DNA from: Nocardioides sp.
Lineage (GTDB): Bacteria > Actinomycetota > Actinomycetes > Propionibacteriales > Nocardioidaceae
Length of the DNA: 53,297 nt
Assembly (NCBI GenBank): GCA_036271155.1
Contig: DATBBE010000136.1
Location: 1-53,297, forward strand
Direction: 5' to 3'
A program made the translations under genes and the position numbers. Under the pieces are notes generated by a model that saw nothing but the letters and a program-made list of their open reading frames with translations, had not been told where the DNA came from and ran no database searches. Below, one piece after another: positions 28,409-37,523 of the stretch. Position 1 is the first letter of the stretch. Each line of letters opens with the position of its first letter.

Positions 28409-28514
28409 GACTGGAGAGTAGGACCGGCGGGTAACCCACGGCGTGCTCGTGTGGTCTATCCCTCACGTGGGCTACTGCACACGCCCTGGGGTCGGTCTGG
28501 CCGGCGATCCCGCG

Positions 28515-28823
28515 TCAGGCGCTGGCTGCGGCTCGCTCCACCTCGACGACGCGGCGCAGACGTGAGATCTGCAGGAGGCGGCGCACGGCCGGTCCGCAGC
28601 CACGGAGCCGGACATGGTGCCCGCCGCGGCTCGCCTCGAGGCTCGCGTAGGCGAGGACGCGCGCGGCCGTCAGGTCGATGGTGTGGACGTCGGTCAGATC
28701 GATGGTGAGGTCGTGGTCGTAGCCGTCGAGGTGCTCGTGGATGGCGTTGCGCACCTCCATCGTGCTGCGCACGTCGAAGTCGCCGCTCAGCCACAGCGTG
28801 TGCCCGTCGTGGACGATGTCCAT
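28515..28823 (-). CDS. STAS domain protein (anti-anti-sigma-like)
   Basis: LSGDFDV, IDLTDVHTIDLTA, VRRLL; alternative in-frame ATG at 28913 with GGAGG. Confidence 0.8.
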   Translation of the reverse strand: MDIVHDGHTLWLSGDFDVRSTMEVRNAIHEHLDGYDHDLTIDLTDVHTIDLTAARVLAYASLEASRGGHHVRLRGCGPAVRRLLQISRLRRVVEVERAAASA

Positions 28824-28984
28824 CGCCGTCCTGCTCCCCGTTCCCCGTCGTACGGCGCCCCGTCGCACCGCGTTCGCACGCGCCTCCGCAACCGAGTTCG
28901 TCACGTCTCTCATCGTCGGCCTCCGTCCCTCCGGGGCCCCGAGCCTCCGGTGTTGGTCAGTCGTGAGCAGCGTCGTGCTACCTG

Positions 28985-29014
28985 TATGACGCGCGAGCAT
29001 CCCCCTTCGGTTGC
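28985..29014 (-). promoter_or_regulatory. Putative SigE-family ECF promoter for the STAS gene
   Basis: GCAACC-N17-CGTCATA, same architecture as the motif upstream of the ECF sigma gene. Confidence 0.5.
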
Positions 29015-29061
29015 GTCGGGGCCACCGATTTCTTCGATCACCGCGCACTAACCTCATGCTC

Positions 29062-29646
29062 ATGGTCAACCTGACTCGGATCTACACCCGCACCGGCGAC
29101 GCTGGGACGACCCGCCTGGGCGACATGAGCGAGACGTCGAAGAACGACCTCAGACTCCACGCCTATGCAGACGTCGACGAGGCGAACGCGCAGCTGGGGG
29201 TGGCCCTGGCCGTAGCCGCTCAGTCTCACGACATGGAGGAGGGCGTCCGTGCGGTGCTGATACACGTCCAGAACGACCTCTTCGACGTCGGCGCGGACTT
29301 CTGCACCCCGGTCGTCGAGGAGCCCGAGCACCCACCGCTGCGGATCACGCAGGAGTACGTCGACCGCCTCGAGGGCTGGTGCGACGAGTACAACGAGGAC
29401 CTGCCGAAGCTGCGCTCCTTCATCCTCTCCGGGGGCACCCCCCTCGCCGCCGCGCTTCACGTGGCGCGCACGGTCGTCCGGCGCGCCGAGCGCTCGGCCT
29501 GGGCGGCCTTCGAGGTGCACGGCGACGCCATGAACCCCCTGGCCATCCGCTATCTCAACCGGCTCTCCGACCTGGTCTTCATCCTGGCGAGGTACGCCAA
29601 CCGCGAGAACGGCGACGTCCTCTGGGTCCCGGGGGGCGAGCGATGA
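29062..29646 (+). CDS. PduO-type cob(I)alamin adenosyltransferase
   Basis: IYTRTGDAG, QNDLFDVGAD, FILSGG, RTVVRRAER, YLNRLSD. Confidence 0.93.
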   Translation: MVNLTRIYTRTGDAGTTRLGDMSETSKNDLRLHAYADVDEANAQLGVALAVAAQSHDMEEGVRAVLIHVQNDLFDVGADFCTPVVEEPEHPPLRITQEYVDRLEGWCDEYNEDLPKLRSFILSGGTPLAAALHVARTVVRRAERSAWAAFEVHGDAMNPLAIRYLNRLSDLVFILARYANRENGDVLWVPGGER

Positions 29647-31130
29647 GCGACGCGCTGGTCGGGGCAGGGTCGACCGGAGCCGTGGCCGGCTCGCCTGACC
29701 GACGGCCCGAGCCCGCGGACGACCTGGTGCTGACCGAGCACGTCCTGCCGCTGCGCCGTGGCGAGCTGCGGTACACCGCACGCAGCGGCCGGGTCGTGCT
29801 GCGCGAGGAGGAGGTCAAGAAGGGCGTGTCCCAGGGCTGGAAGGCCCGCGCCGAGATGTCGGTGACGGCGTACACGCTCGATCTGCCCGAGGGCGACGTG
29901 ACGAAGCGGCCCCTCACCTTCGTCTTCAACGGCGGCCCGGGCTCCTCCTCGATCTGGTTGCACATGGGGCTGCTCGGTCCGCGCCGGGTCGACGTGGGAG
30001 ACGTCACGGCGCCGCACCCGCCGCCCTACCGCCTCGTCGACAACGCCGAGACCCTGCTGGCGGTCTCCGACCTGGTCTTCATCGACCCGATGTCGACCGG
30101 TCACTCGCGTGCCGTCGAAGGCGGGAAGGCGAAGGCCTACCACGGCTTCGCCAAGGACGTCGAGCAGGTCACCGAGCTGATCCGCCTGTGGTGCACGCGC
30201 GAGGACCGCTGGATGTCGCCGAAGTACCTCCTGGGCGAGTCCTACGGCACGGTGCGCGCAGTGGCGGTCGCCGAGCGGCTGCAGGAGAAGCACGCGCTGA
30301 GCCTCAACGGCATCGTGCTGGTCTCCAGCGTCCTCGACTTCGGCACCCAGGACTTCGGCCAGCACCGGTGGGACGAGTCCTGCCTGAACTTCCTGCCGAC
30401 GTACTCCGCGATCGCGCATTACCACGGCAAGGTCAAGGGCCGACTCGCCAAGGTGCGACAGGAGGCGGAGGCGTTCGCGGCCGGCCCCTACCGCACCGCG
30501 CTCGCAGCGGGACGCCGCCTGCCGGCCAAGGAGCGGGCGAGCGTCGTGCGGACGCTGTCGCGGCTGACGGGCCTGTCGGAGGAGTACGTCGAGCGCACCG
30601 ACCTGCGCATCGAGCACTGGCGGTTCTGCACCGAGCTGCTCCGCGACCGCGGGCTCACGGTCGGCCGCATCGACGGGCGCTTCACCGGTCCCGCCAGGTC
30701 GCTGATCGCCGAGAACATGGACGCCGACCCCTCGATGGACGCGATGAACGGCCCGTTCGCGGCCGCCCTGCACCACTACCTGCGCAACGAGCTCGGCAAC
30801 CGCCAGGACCTGCCCTACGAGATCTATGCCACCGCGATCAAGAAGTGGTCGTTCGAGGAGTTCGAGGGCAAGCCGATCTTCGTGGCCGACAAGCTGGAGC
30901 GGGTCATGCGGGCCAACCCTGACCTGCGGGTGCGGATCGAGTACGGCTACTACGACCTCGCCACGCCGTACCACGCGGCCGAGGACATGGTGGCTCACCT
31001 GCATCTCCCCGAGGAGGCGTTCGGTCGGATCGAGCACGAGTACTTCGAGACCGGTCACATGCCCTACCTGCACGAGCCGTCCCGCAAGCGCGAGGCAGCC
31101 TCAATCGCCGCGTTCGTCGGACGGGGCTGA
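29643..31130 (+). CDS. S10 family serine carboxypeptidase
   Basis: FNGGPGSSS, GESYG, GYYDLATP, GHMPY. Confidence 0.9.
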   Translation: MSDALVGAGSTGAVAGSPDRRPEPADDLVLTEHVLPLRRGELRYTARSGRVVLREEEVKKGVSQGWKARAEMSVTAYTLDLPEGDVTKRPLTFVFNGGPGSSSIWLHMGLLGPRRVDVGDVTAPHPPPYRLVDNAETLLAVSDLVFIDPMSTGHSRAVEGGKAKAYHGFAKDVEQVTELIRLWCTREDRWMSPKYLLGESYGTVRAVAVAERLQEKHALSLNGIVLVSSVLDFGTQDFGQHRWDESCLNFLPTYSAIAHYHGKVKGRLAKVRQEAEAFAAGPYRTALAAGRRLPAKERASVVRTLSRLTGLSEEYVERTDLRIEHWRFCTELLRDRGLTVGRIDGRFTGPARSLIAENMDADPSMDAMNGPFAAALHHYLRNELGNRQDLPYEIYATAIKKWSFEEFEGKPIFVADKLERVMRANPDLRVRIEYGYYDLATPYHAAEDMVAHLHLPEEAFGRIEHEYFETGHMPYLHEPSRKREAASIAAFVGRG

Positions 31131-31137
31131 GCGCCGC

Positions 31138-31605
31138 GTGGCTCGCCGTCCCCCACGCGACCAGATGGTCGCGCCGTCCGGCGCCGTGTCGGTCTTCACC
31201 GACGGTGCGTGCTCCGGCAACCCGGGCCCCGGCGGCTGGGCGTGGGCGGTCGACCGCTCGACCTACGCCTCCGGCGGGGAGGCGCTCAGCACCAACCAGC
31301 GGATGGAGGTCCAGGCCGCTCTCGAGGCGGTGACCACGCTGTCCGGACCGCTGCTCGTGGTGAGCGACTCGACGTACGTCGTGAACTGCTTCCGCGACGG
31401 CTGGTGGGAGGGGTGGCTCTCGCGCGGCTGGCTGACGTCGGCGAAGAAGCCCGTCGCCAACCGCGACCTCTGGGAGCCACTGGTCACGGCCGTCGCCGAG
31501 CGTGGTGACGTCGCGTTCAACTGGGTGAAGGGACACTCGGGTCACGAGATGAACGACTTCGTGGACAGCCTGGCCGTGCAGGCCGCCGCCGCGGCTCGCG
31601 AGTGA
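31138..31605 (+). CDS. rnhA: Ribonuclease HI
   Basis: TDGACSGNPGPGGW, TNQRME, SDSTYV, NRDLW, WVKGHSG, ND.VD; start may instead be ATG 31165. Confidence 0.88.
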   Translation: MARRPPRDQMVAPSGAVSVFTDGACSGNPGPGGWAWAVDRSTYASGGEALSTNQRMEVQAALEAVTTLSGPLLVVSDSTYVVNCFRDGWWEGWLSRGWLTSAKKPVANRDLWEPLVTAVAERGDVAFNWVKGHSGHEMNDFVDSLAVQAAAAARE

Positions 31606-31608
31606 GGC

Positions 31609-32244
31609 CTAGCCGTCGCTGAAGGAGCCCATGATCTGCGAGACCGTCGTCGAGTCCGGCGCCACCACCACGAAGGTCCAGTCCTTGTCGATCCTCCGGG
31701 TTGCCGTCCATGCCCCGCTGGGATAGCTCGAGGCGTCTCCGAGCGAGCCGATGGGAGCCGGATCGGACTGGTCGGACGGGGAGACCGACGAGGTCGGCTG
31801 GAGCGTGGCCCCGTAGGAGCTCGTGGGGTTGAGGCAGCCCGCACTGGTGGAGCCTCCGCTTCCGGGTGTCGAGAACCTGCCGACGGTCGGTCCGGGCCCC
31901 GAGACGCACCACTGCGACGGGTCGCCCGGCACCCACGTCGGAGGCACGGCGAACGAGACGTCGGTCCAGCTCACCTGTCGCCAACCCGCCGGCGTCACCG
32001 CCGCGGCCGCCCCGGGGTCTGCTGCCGGACCCTGCGCGTGGCCCACGACGAGCCAGGAGAACCCGCCGAGCACGACGGCCGTGCAGAGCACACCGGCACC
32101 GAGACGTCGCCGACGGCGACCGAGGTTCCGCTCGGCGGCGGCGACGACAGCCACCGGCGTAGGGCTGGGCGGGTGCTCCAGGAGCGCGGCGTCGAGCTGC
32201 GCCCTGAAGAACGACGGTGACATCTCGTTGTGGTCACTGTCCAT
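31609..32244 (-). CDS. Putative single-pass anti-sigma factor
   Basis: Overlaps the ECF sigma stop; RRRRR then a TM helix, extracytoplasmic domain with a Cys pair. Confidence 0.65.
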   Translation of the reverse strand: MDSDHNEMSPSFFRAQLDAALLEHPPSPTPVAVVAAAERNLGRRRRRLGAGVLCTAVVLGGFSWLVVGHAQGPAADPGAAAAVTPAGWRQVSWTDVSFAVPPTWVPGDPSQWCVSGPGPTVGRFSTPGSGGSTSAGCLNPTSSYGATLQPTSSVSPSDQSDPAPIGSLGDASSYPSGAWTATRRIDKDWTFVVVAPDSTTVSQIMGSFSDG

Positions 32245-32737
32245 GAGCTTCCTCCTGTGCGTTGGTCTCACCGAGCAGCTCTGCCAGTCGGCGCAGGGCC
32301 CGCGAGGTGTGGCTCTTCACGGTGCCCTCACTGATGCCGAGCTCGCGTGCCACCTCGGCGACGGAGAGGTCCACGAGGTGTCTGAGCACGACGACTCGGC
32401 GTTGCATCTCCGGGAGGCTGGCGAGCGCCGCGATGACCTCTGGCTGCTCGACGTGCTCCGTGATCGGTACGTCGAGCTCGACCGGTTGTGGGCTCACGCG
32501 CTCGCGACGCCATGGCTTCCGCGAGGTGTCGACGACGACATGGACGAGGATGCGTCGCGCATAGGCGTCCTCGCCACCGTCGCGGCGTACCCTCGGCCAG
32601 GCGACGTACAGCTTCTCGAACGCCGTCTGAACCGCGTCCTCAGCCAGCTGCCAGTCGCCGCATAGGGCGTAGGCCAGGCCCCGCAGGGAGCCCTGACGAG
32701 CGGCCACGTAGGCAGGGAAGTCGGAGCGGTCCCTCAT
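32234..32737 (-). CDS. SigE-family ECF RNA polymerase sigma factor
   Basis: LAYALCGDWQLAEDAVQ, YARRIL, LGISEGTVKSHTSRAL. Confidence 0.92.
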   Translation of the reverse strand: MRDRSDFPAYVAARQGSLRGLAYALCGDWQLAEDAVQTAFEKLYVAWPRVRRDGGEDAYARRILVHVVVDTSRKPWRRERVSPQPVELDVPITEHVEQPEVIAALASLPEMQRRVVVLRHLVDLSVAEVARELGISEGTVKSHTSRALRRLAELLGETNAQEEAHGQ

Positions 32738-32760
32738 CGCACGCGGTATCCCATGCCTCT

Positions 32761-32789
32761 TATACGGAGAACGTCGTCTCGGAGGTTGT
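32761..32789 (-). promoter_or_regulatory. Putative autoregulatory ECF promoter
   Basis: ACAACC-N17-CGTATA directly upstream of the sigma gene. Confidence 0.55.
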
Positions 32790-32980
32790 CATCACCCGGC
32801 AGTCGTCTCGCCATGACCCGCCTCGTGCTGTGTGAGCGGCCGCGGAACTCGTACGCGCGTCACCGAACTTTACCAGTGCGGTCGTTGACGGCGCGGCTGT
32901 CGGTACGGCTGAATCGGTCACGACCCACCGTTGCATCGGGTCGTCGGACACGTTCTTCCCAGCCCCCGGACGGAACTCAC

Positions 32981-34282
32981 ATGCCCCACCTCCCTCGTGC
33001 CTGCCTCGGTCTTCTTGCGGCTATGTCCCTGCTCGGTAGTGGGATTGCCGCGGCCTCCGCCCACGCGTCGGATGCCGCGCCGGCAGCTGCTCCGCCCGGT
33101 GTCCAGGTGGTGGCGTTCACTCCGCCGGACCCGGTCCCCCCGGAGCTGATCTCCGCGGCCTCGCAGGCGGCGGGACTGGTGGAAGACAACCCAGCGGCCT
33201 ACGCGGGCTCCTACTACGACTCCGCCAGCGGCAAGGTGATCTTGGAGGCGACGGGCGCCGCGAGCCAGGTCAAGTCGCAGCCGGCGGTCCTGACCGCGAA
33301 CCCGAGCATCGTCGTCAGGACGGCGCCGTGGAGCAGAGCCGACGCAGAGTCAAAGTTCGAGAGCCTCCTGGTGACCGCGAAGCTGACGGATCGAGTCACG
33401 TCGTGGTGGGTGGACCCGGCGATCGGCGGTTTCCAGGTGATGTTCATCGGCCAGCCCAGCTCGGCTGACCTGGCCGCCTTCGCCGGAGCACTCGGTCCGG
33501 TCACCGTGATCGCCGGCATGACGGACGGTGGAAAGACCACTGACGCTCAGAACGACGGGACCCCCATCGCCGGTGGGAGTCGATACTTCACCGGGTTCTC
33601 CGGTCCACCGCCTTTGATCGCCACTCTCCACGAGCGATGCTCGGCAGGCTTCGGATACAAGATCGGCGGCACGGACTACATGCTGACCGCCGGCCACTGC
33701 TTCTGGCGTGGCACTCAGTACGACGAGCTCTGGCGGGTCTCCGGGCCCAACAACAACCCCACTCCAGAAGCCGCCATGGGCGACTTCGGTGACAAGAGCA
33801 CGTGGGGTCACAACACCGGCACGGTCAACACCGGGTCCGACAACGCGGCCCACGGAGATCTCTCCCTGGTCAACCTGAGCGCGGAGAACAAGAGCGCCGG
33901 CGACTCGATCTGGGTCTCCGACACCGACAAGCGCAATGTGACGTCACGAGAAGCCCCCGCTGTCGGCGACCCGGTCTGTCGGGCAGGAACCACCGACTTC
34001 CAGGTCTGCGGCTTCACCATCAACGCGGTGAACACGATGCACACCTATGCCGACGGGACCACGGTGCGAGCAGGAGACCTGGCCGCGCTGGCGGCACACT
34101 CCGCCTGCGCCCAGGCCGGTGACAGCGGGGGTCCTGTCTATCGACGGGTGGGCGACACCGACGCGACCGCGGTAGGGATCATCTCCGGGACGTTCGTCGT
34201 GGGTGGCTTCGGATGCGACCTTGTCTTCACCGGTGCGGAGGAGGCGATCCAGGCGTGGGGCGGCGGACTCAACCTTCACTGA
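32981..34282 (+). CDS. Secreted S1 (alpha-lytic/streptogrisin-like) serine protease with prodomain
   Basis: Signal peptide, CSAGF, LTAGHC (His), HGDLSL (Asp), AGDSGGP (Ser). Confidence 0.88.
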   Translation: MPHLPRACLGLLAAMSLLGSGIAAASAHASDAAPAAAPPGVQVVAFTPPDPVPPELISAASQAAGLVEDNPAAYAGSYYDSASGKVILEATGAASQVKSQPAVLTANPSIVVRTAPWSRADAESKFESLLVTAKLTDRVTSWWVDPAIGGFQVMFIGQPSSADLAAFAGALGPVTVIAGMTDGGKTTDAQNDGTPIAGGSRYFTGFSGPPPLIATLHERCSAGFGYKIGGTDYMLTAGHCFWRGTQYDELWRVSGPNNNPTPEAAMGDFGDKSTWGHNTGTVNTGSDNAAHGDLSLVNLSAENKSAGDSIWVSDTDKRNVTSREAPAVGDPVCRAGTTDFQVCGFTINAVNTMHTYADGTTVRAGDLAALAAHSACAQAGDSGGPVYRRVGDTDATAVGIISGTFVVGGFGCDLVFTGAEEAIQAWGGGLNLH

Positions 34283-34369
34283 CCTCGCCTCACCGTCCGC
34301 AGCTGACCTCACCTGACCTGTCCTGCGTGCCCTTGCCCACCCATCGGTCGGCTGTCAGGGTGGCAGGCG

Positions 34370-35374
34370 ATGACGGACCTGCTGGGCGCCATGGCCGAGG
34401 CACGTCTCGGATGGACGTCCCCCACGATCGCGGCGTGGTACGCCGAGCACGACCTCCTCGAACAGCTGCGCGTCGGCCTGGCGACCGAGGCGGGGCGCGT
34501 GGCGGATGCGGACTTCGGCGGCGAGCTCCGCGACATGGTCGGCGCGTTCGAAGGGACTGAAGATCCGCTCGCCTGGGCGAACCGCCGGCTCGACCTGCCC
34601 GCGGGCGGCTGGGCCGTGACCGGCATCAGGTTCCGTGGGGGCGACCGCAGCCGCCCGTTCGTCGACGTGATCGCCACCAGCGAGCCCCCGACACCTGACG
34701 GCCTGGCCCTCGTCGCCGAGGCCGTGCTGCCGGCGTACGCCGAGTTTGCTCCCCTGTGCCTGCGCGTGGGCGCCCCCGAGGCTCACGCGCTGGTCGTCGA
34801 GCTGCACGACGATCCTGCCTTCGAGCCGGGCTGCTGCGCGGTCGACATGCTCGTCGTCGCCGGGCTCGTCGAGGAGCTCCGGGCTCACCCCCGCGCCGCG
34901 GCGTACCCGAGCGTGAGCCTGCGATCGGGACGACCGGACGAGCTGGCTCGCCGAGTCTCGGAGATCTACGCCGAGCTGTCCGAGAGCGAGCCGAGCCTGG
35001 CTCAGTGGGCCAACCCCGAGGACGAGGAGTCACTCTCCGCGTGCGCCGAGGAGGGTCTGCTGTTCGAGGTGCTCGTCGACGACGTGGGCGCGGGCGTCGT
35101 CGCCGCCCTGCGCTACGACGCCCACGCGATGACCGGCTTCTCGGTGCAGGAGCTGTGCCTCGACTCCGCCCACCGTGGCCGCCGCCTGGCGCCCGCCACG
35201 GTCCAGCACGTGGTGGACCTGCTCCCCGCGCGAGCCGGCGACGTCCTGTGGGGCACCATCGACCCCGGCAACCAGAGATCCCTGCGCAACGCCCTCTCCC
35301 TGGGGCGCGTCGCCGTCGGTGGCTACGTCTGGGTCACCCCGCGCGGGCTTCCGGGAATGTCGTCGACGACCTAG
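34370..35374 (+). CDS. Hypothetical protein with C-terminal GNAT-like domain
   Basis: ELCLDSAHRGRRLA and GTIDPGNQRSLRNA resemble GNAT motifs. Confidence 0.65.
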   Translation: MTDLLGAMAEARLGWTSPTIAAWYAEHDLLEQLRVGLATEAGRVADADFGGELRDMVGAFEGTEDPLAWANRRLDLPAGGWAVTGIRFRGGDRSRPFVDVIATSEPPTPDGLALVAEAVLPAYAEFAPLCLRVGAPEAHALVVELHDDPAFEPGCCAVDMLVVAGLVEELRAHPRAAAYPSVSLRSGRPDELARRVSEIYAELSESEPSLAQWANPEDEESLSACAEEGLLFEVLVDDVGAGVVAALRYDAHAMTGFSVQELCLDSAHRGRRLAPATVQHVVDLLPARAGDVLWGTIDPGNQRSLRNALSLGRVAVGGYVWVTPRGLPGMSSTT

Positions 35375-35392
35375 CCCCGACCCGTCCCCTCC

Positions 35393-35458
35393 AGGTAGTT
35401 CGCAGCGCTTCGCACCCTGTCGTCGGCGTGTCGGGGTGCGAGACGCTGCGAACTACCT
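35393..35458. repeat. Long inverted repeat (REP-like or bidirectional terminator)
   Basis: AGGTAGTTCGCAGCG..TCGCACCC / GGGTGCGA..CGCTGCGAACTACCT, arms of about 25 bp between convergent genes. Confidence 0.75.
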
Positions 35459-35469
35459 CGAGCCCAGGA

Positions 35470-36861
35470 TCAGGAGTCGAAGCCCAGACCCAGGCGGTCC
35501 AGGGTGCGCAGCCAGACGTTGCGCCGGCCCTGCCGCCGGTCGGCGGCGGCCAGCGACCTTCGGGTCAGCTCGATGCCCGTCCACGCGAAGGGCTCCGGGG
35601 GGAAGGGCATGGGTTTGCGCCGGACCATCTCCAAACGGGTGCGCTCGGAGTCGACCCCGTCGAGCAGGTCCAGCATCACGTCGGCACCGAAGCGGGTGGC
35701 TCCCACCCCGAGGCCGGTGTACCCGAGGGCGTACGCCGCCCGGCCGGCGTACGCGGTGCCGAAGAAGGCGCAGAACCGCGTGCACGTGTCGATGGCCCCG
35801 CCCCAGCGGTGGGAGAAGCGCAGCCCCTCCAGCTGGGGGAACGTGGTGAAGAACTGCCGCGCGAGCAGGTCGAAGGTCTCGGGACGCTGGTCGTAGGAAG
35901 GCCGCACGTGCCGGCCGAAGTGGTAGACCGCGTCGTACCCTCCCCACAGGATCCGGTGGTCAGTGGTCATCCGGAAGTAGTGGAACTGGTTGGTCATGTC
36001 GTCCAGGCCCTGGCGACCACGCCAGCCGATGGAGTCGAGCTGCTCGGGTGACAGCGGCTCGGTCATCAGGGCGTAGTCGTAGACCGGCACGGTGTGCATC
36101 CGCACCCGGCGCACCAGCGAAGGGAACGCGTTGGTGCCCAGCACCACCCGGCCCGCGCGGACGACGTGCCCCGCGTCGGTGCGCACCTCGAGGGCCGCGC
36201 CCGACGACGACATCCCGGAGACGTGCGTGCCCTCGTGGATGCGTACGCCGAGCGACTCGGCCGCCGCAGCCAGACCCCAGGCCAGTCGGGCGGGGTCGAC
36301 CAGGGCGGTGTCGTGCGGCTCCAGGACACCTGCGAGGAACGTCGGCGAGCTCACCTCCGCGCGCATCGCGTCGCGGTCGAGGAAGGTCGCGCCCGGAGAC
36401 TCGTCAAGCATCTGGCGCAGCCACTCGACCTGGTGCGGCTCGGTGGCGACGGTGATCGCGCCGGGTCGCACGAAGTCGCAGTCGATGTCGTGGCGCCCCA
36501 CCGTCGCCTCGATCGCGTCGAGGTTGGCCCGGCCGAGCCGCTCGAGGGTGTCGATCTCGTCGGGCCAGCGTTCGCTGCCGTTCGCGTGCCCGTGGGTGAC
36601 CGATGCCGCGCAGAACCCGCCGTTGCGCCCCGACGCAGCCCAGCCGATCCGGCTGCCCTCGAGCAGGACGACGTCGCGCTGCGGGTCGCGCTCCTTGGCC
36701 AGGATCGCCGTCCACAGCCCGGAGTAGCCGCCGCCGACCACGCAGAGGTCGGCCGTCGTCGCGGCGTCGAGCGGCGAGCGCGGCGCCGGACGGTCCGGCT
36801 GGTCGAGCCAGTACGGCGTGGTCGCGGCGTCCGTGAGGGAGGGATGAAGGGCCACCGACAT
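35470..36861 (-). CDS. FAD-dependent oxidoreductase (PuuB/DadA-like)
   Basis: PYWLD, VVGGGYSGLWTA, ASGRNGGF, GYTGLGVGATRFGA. Confidence 0.88.
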   Translation of the reverse strand: MSVALHPSLTDAATTPYWLDQPDRPAPRSPLDAATTADLCVVGGGYSGLWTAILAKERDPQRDVVLLEGSRIGWAASGRNGGFCAASVTHGHANGSERWPDEIDTLERLGRANLDAIEATVGRHDIDCDFVRPGAITVATEPHQVEWLRQMLDESPGATFLDRDAMRAEVSSPTFLAGVLEPHDTALVDPARLAWGLAAAAESLGVRIHEGTHVSGMSSSGAALEVRTDAGHVVRAGRVVLGTNAFPSLVRRVRMHTVPVYDYALMTEPLSPEQLDSIGWRGRQGLDDMTNQFHYFRMTTDHRILWGGYDAVYHFGRHVRPSYDQRPETFDLLARQFFTTFPQLEGLRFSHRWGGAIDTCTRFCAFFGTAYAGRAAYALGYTGLGVGATRFGADVMLDLLDGVDSERTRLEMVRRKPMPFPPEPFAWTGIELTRRSLAAADRRQGRRNVWLRTLDRLGLGFDS

Positions 36862-36912
36862 GTCCGCATCGTGCCAGAGCCAGGACCGGCCGAGTCGCCG
36901 GAGCCCCACCTG

Positions 36913-37500
36913 CTACGAGGACGGGTCCGCGTCGGCCCGGCGCGCGATTCGCCGACGCGCTGTCTCCGCCTCGACCAGGGCGCGGGCGTCGGCAGGACGC
37001 CGCAGCCGGATCACGGGTGGCCCGGAGACCGCGGAAGCCAGCCTCCTGATCTCGGCTCGCTTGCGGCGGAAGGACGTGAAGTGCCACAGCACGATCGAGT
37101 CGCGGGCCAACAGCCCGCGCACTCGTTCGTGGTTGCCGTTGCAGACCTCCCGCTGGTCGATGACGCGGGCGGCGGTGCGCCGGAGCAGCCGGCCAAGGCT
37201 CACCAGCCGCGCGTAGTCGAGCGCCACGACCAGGTCGGCCCGCTCGAGCACCAGGTCCCGCCACGTCCCGTACGCCGAGTCCAGGAGCCACTCGTCGCCC
37301 TGGGTCAGGGCGTCGAAGTAGGCGATCTGCTCGTCGGTGGGCATCGGCACCCAGCCGGGACTCCAGGCGATGTCGTCGACGCTGGTCGCCGGGAGGCCGG
37401 TCAGCTCCCCGAGCGTGCAGGCCAGGGTCGACTTTCCAGACCCGGTGACGCCGTACACCAGGATCCGCCGTGCTCGTCCCACCTGATCGGTCTGCGGCAC
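36913..37500 (-). CDS. Adenylate kinase-like P-loop protein (topology-modulation type)
   Basis: GVTGSGKST Walker A, W.PGW, CNGNHE. Confidence 0.8.
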   Translation of the reverse strand: MPQTDQVGRARRILVYGVTGSGKSTLACTLGELTGLPATSVDDIAWSPGWVPMPTDEQIAYFDALTQGDEWLLDSAYGTWRDLVLERADLVVALDYARLVSLGRLLRRTAARVIDQREVCNGNHERVRGLLARDSIVLWHFTSFRRKRAEIRRLASAVSGPPVIRLRRPADARALVEAETARRRIARRADADPSS

Positions 37501-37523
37501 CCCGCGATCGTATGCGGCCCGGC

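Noticed and set aside
32864-32887. GAAC...CGTTG as SigH/SigR-type promoter for the protease
   Set aside because: Spacing is shorter than the usual consensus; insufficient support
34279-34320. Short CTGACCT repeats after the protease
   Set aside because: Too short and irregular to call an att site or operator
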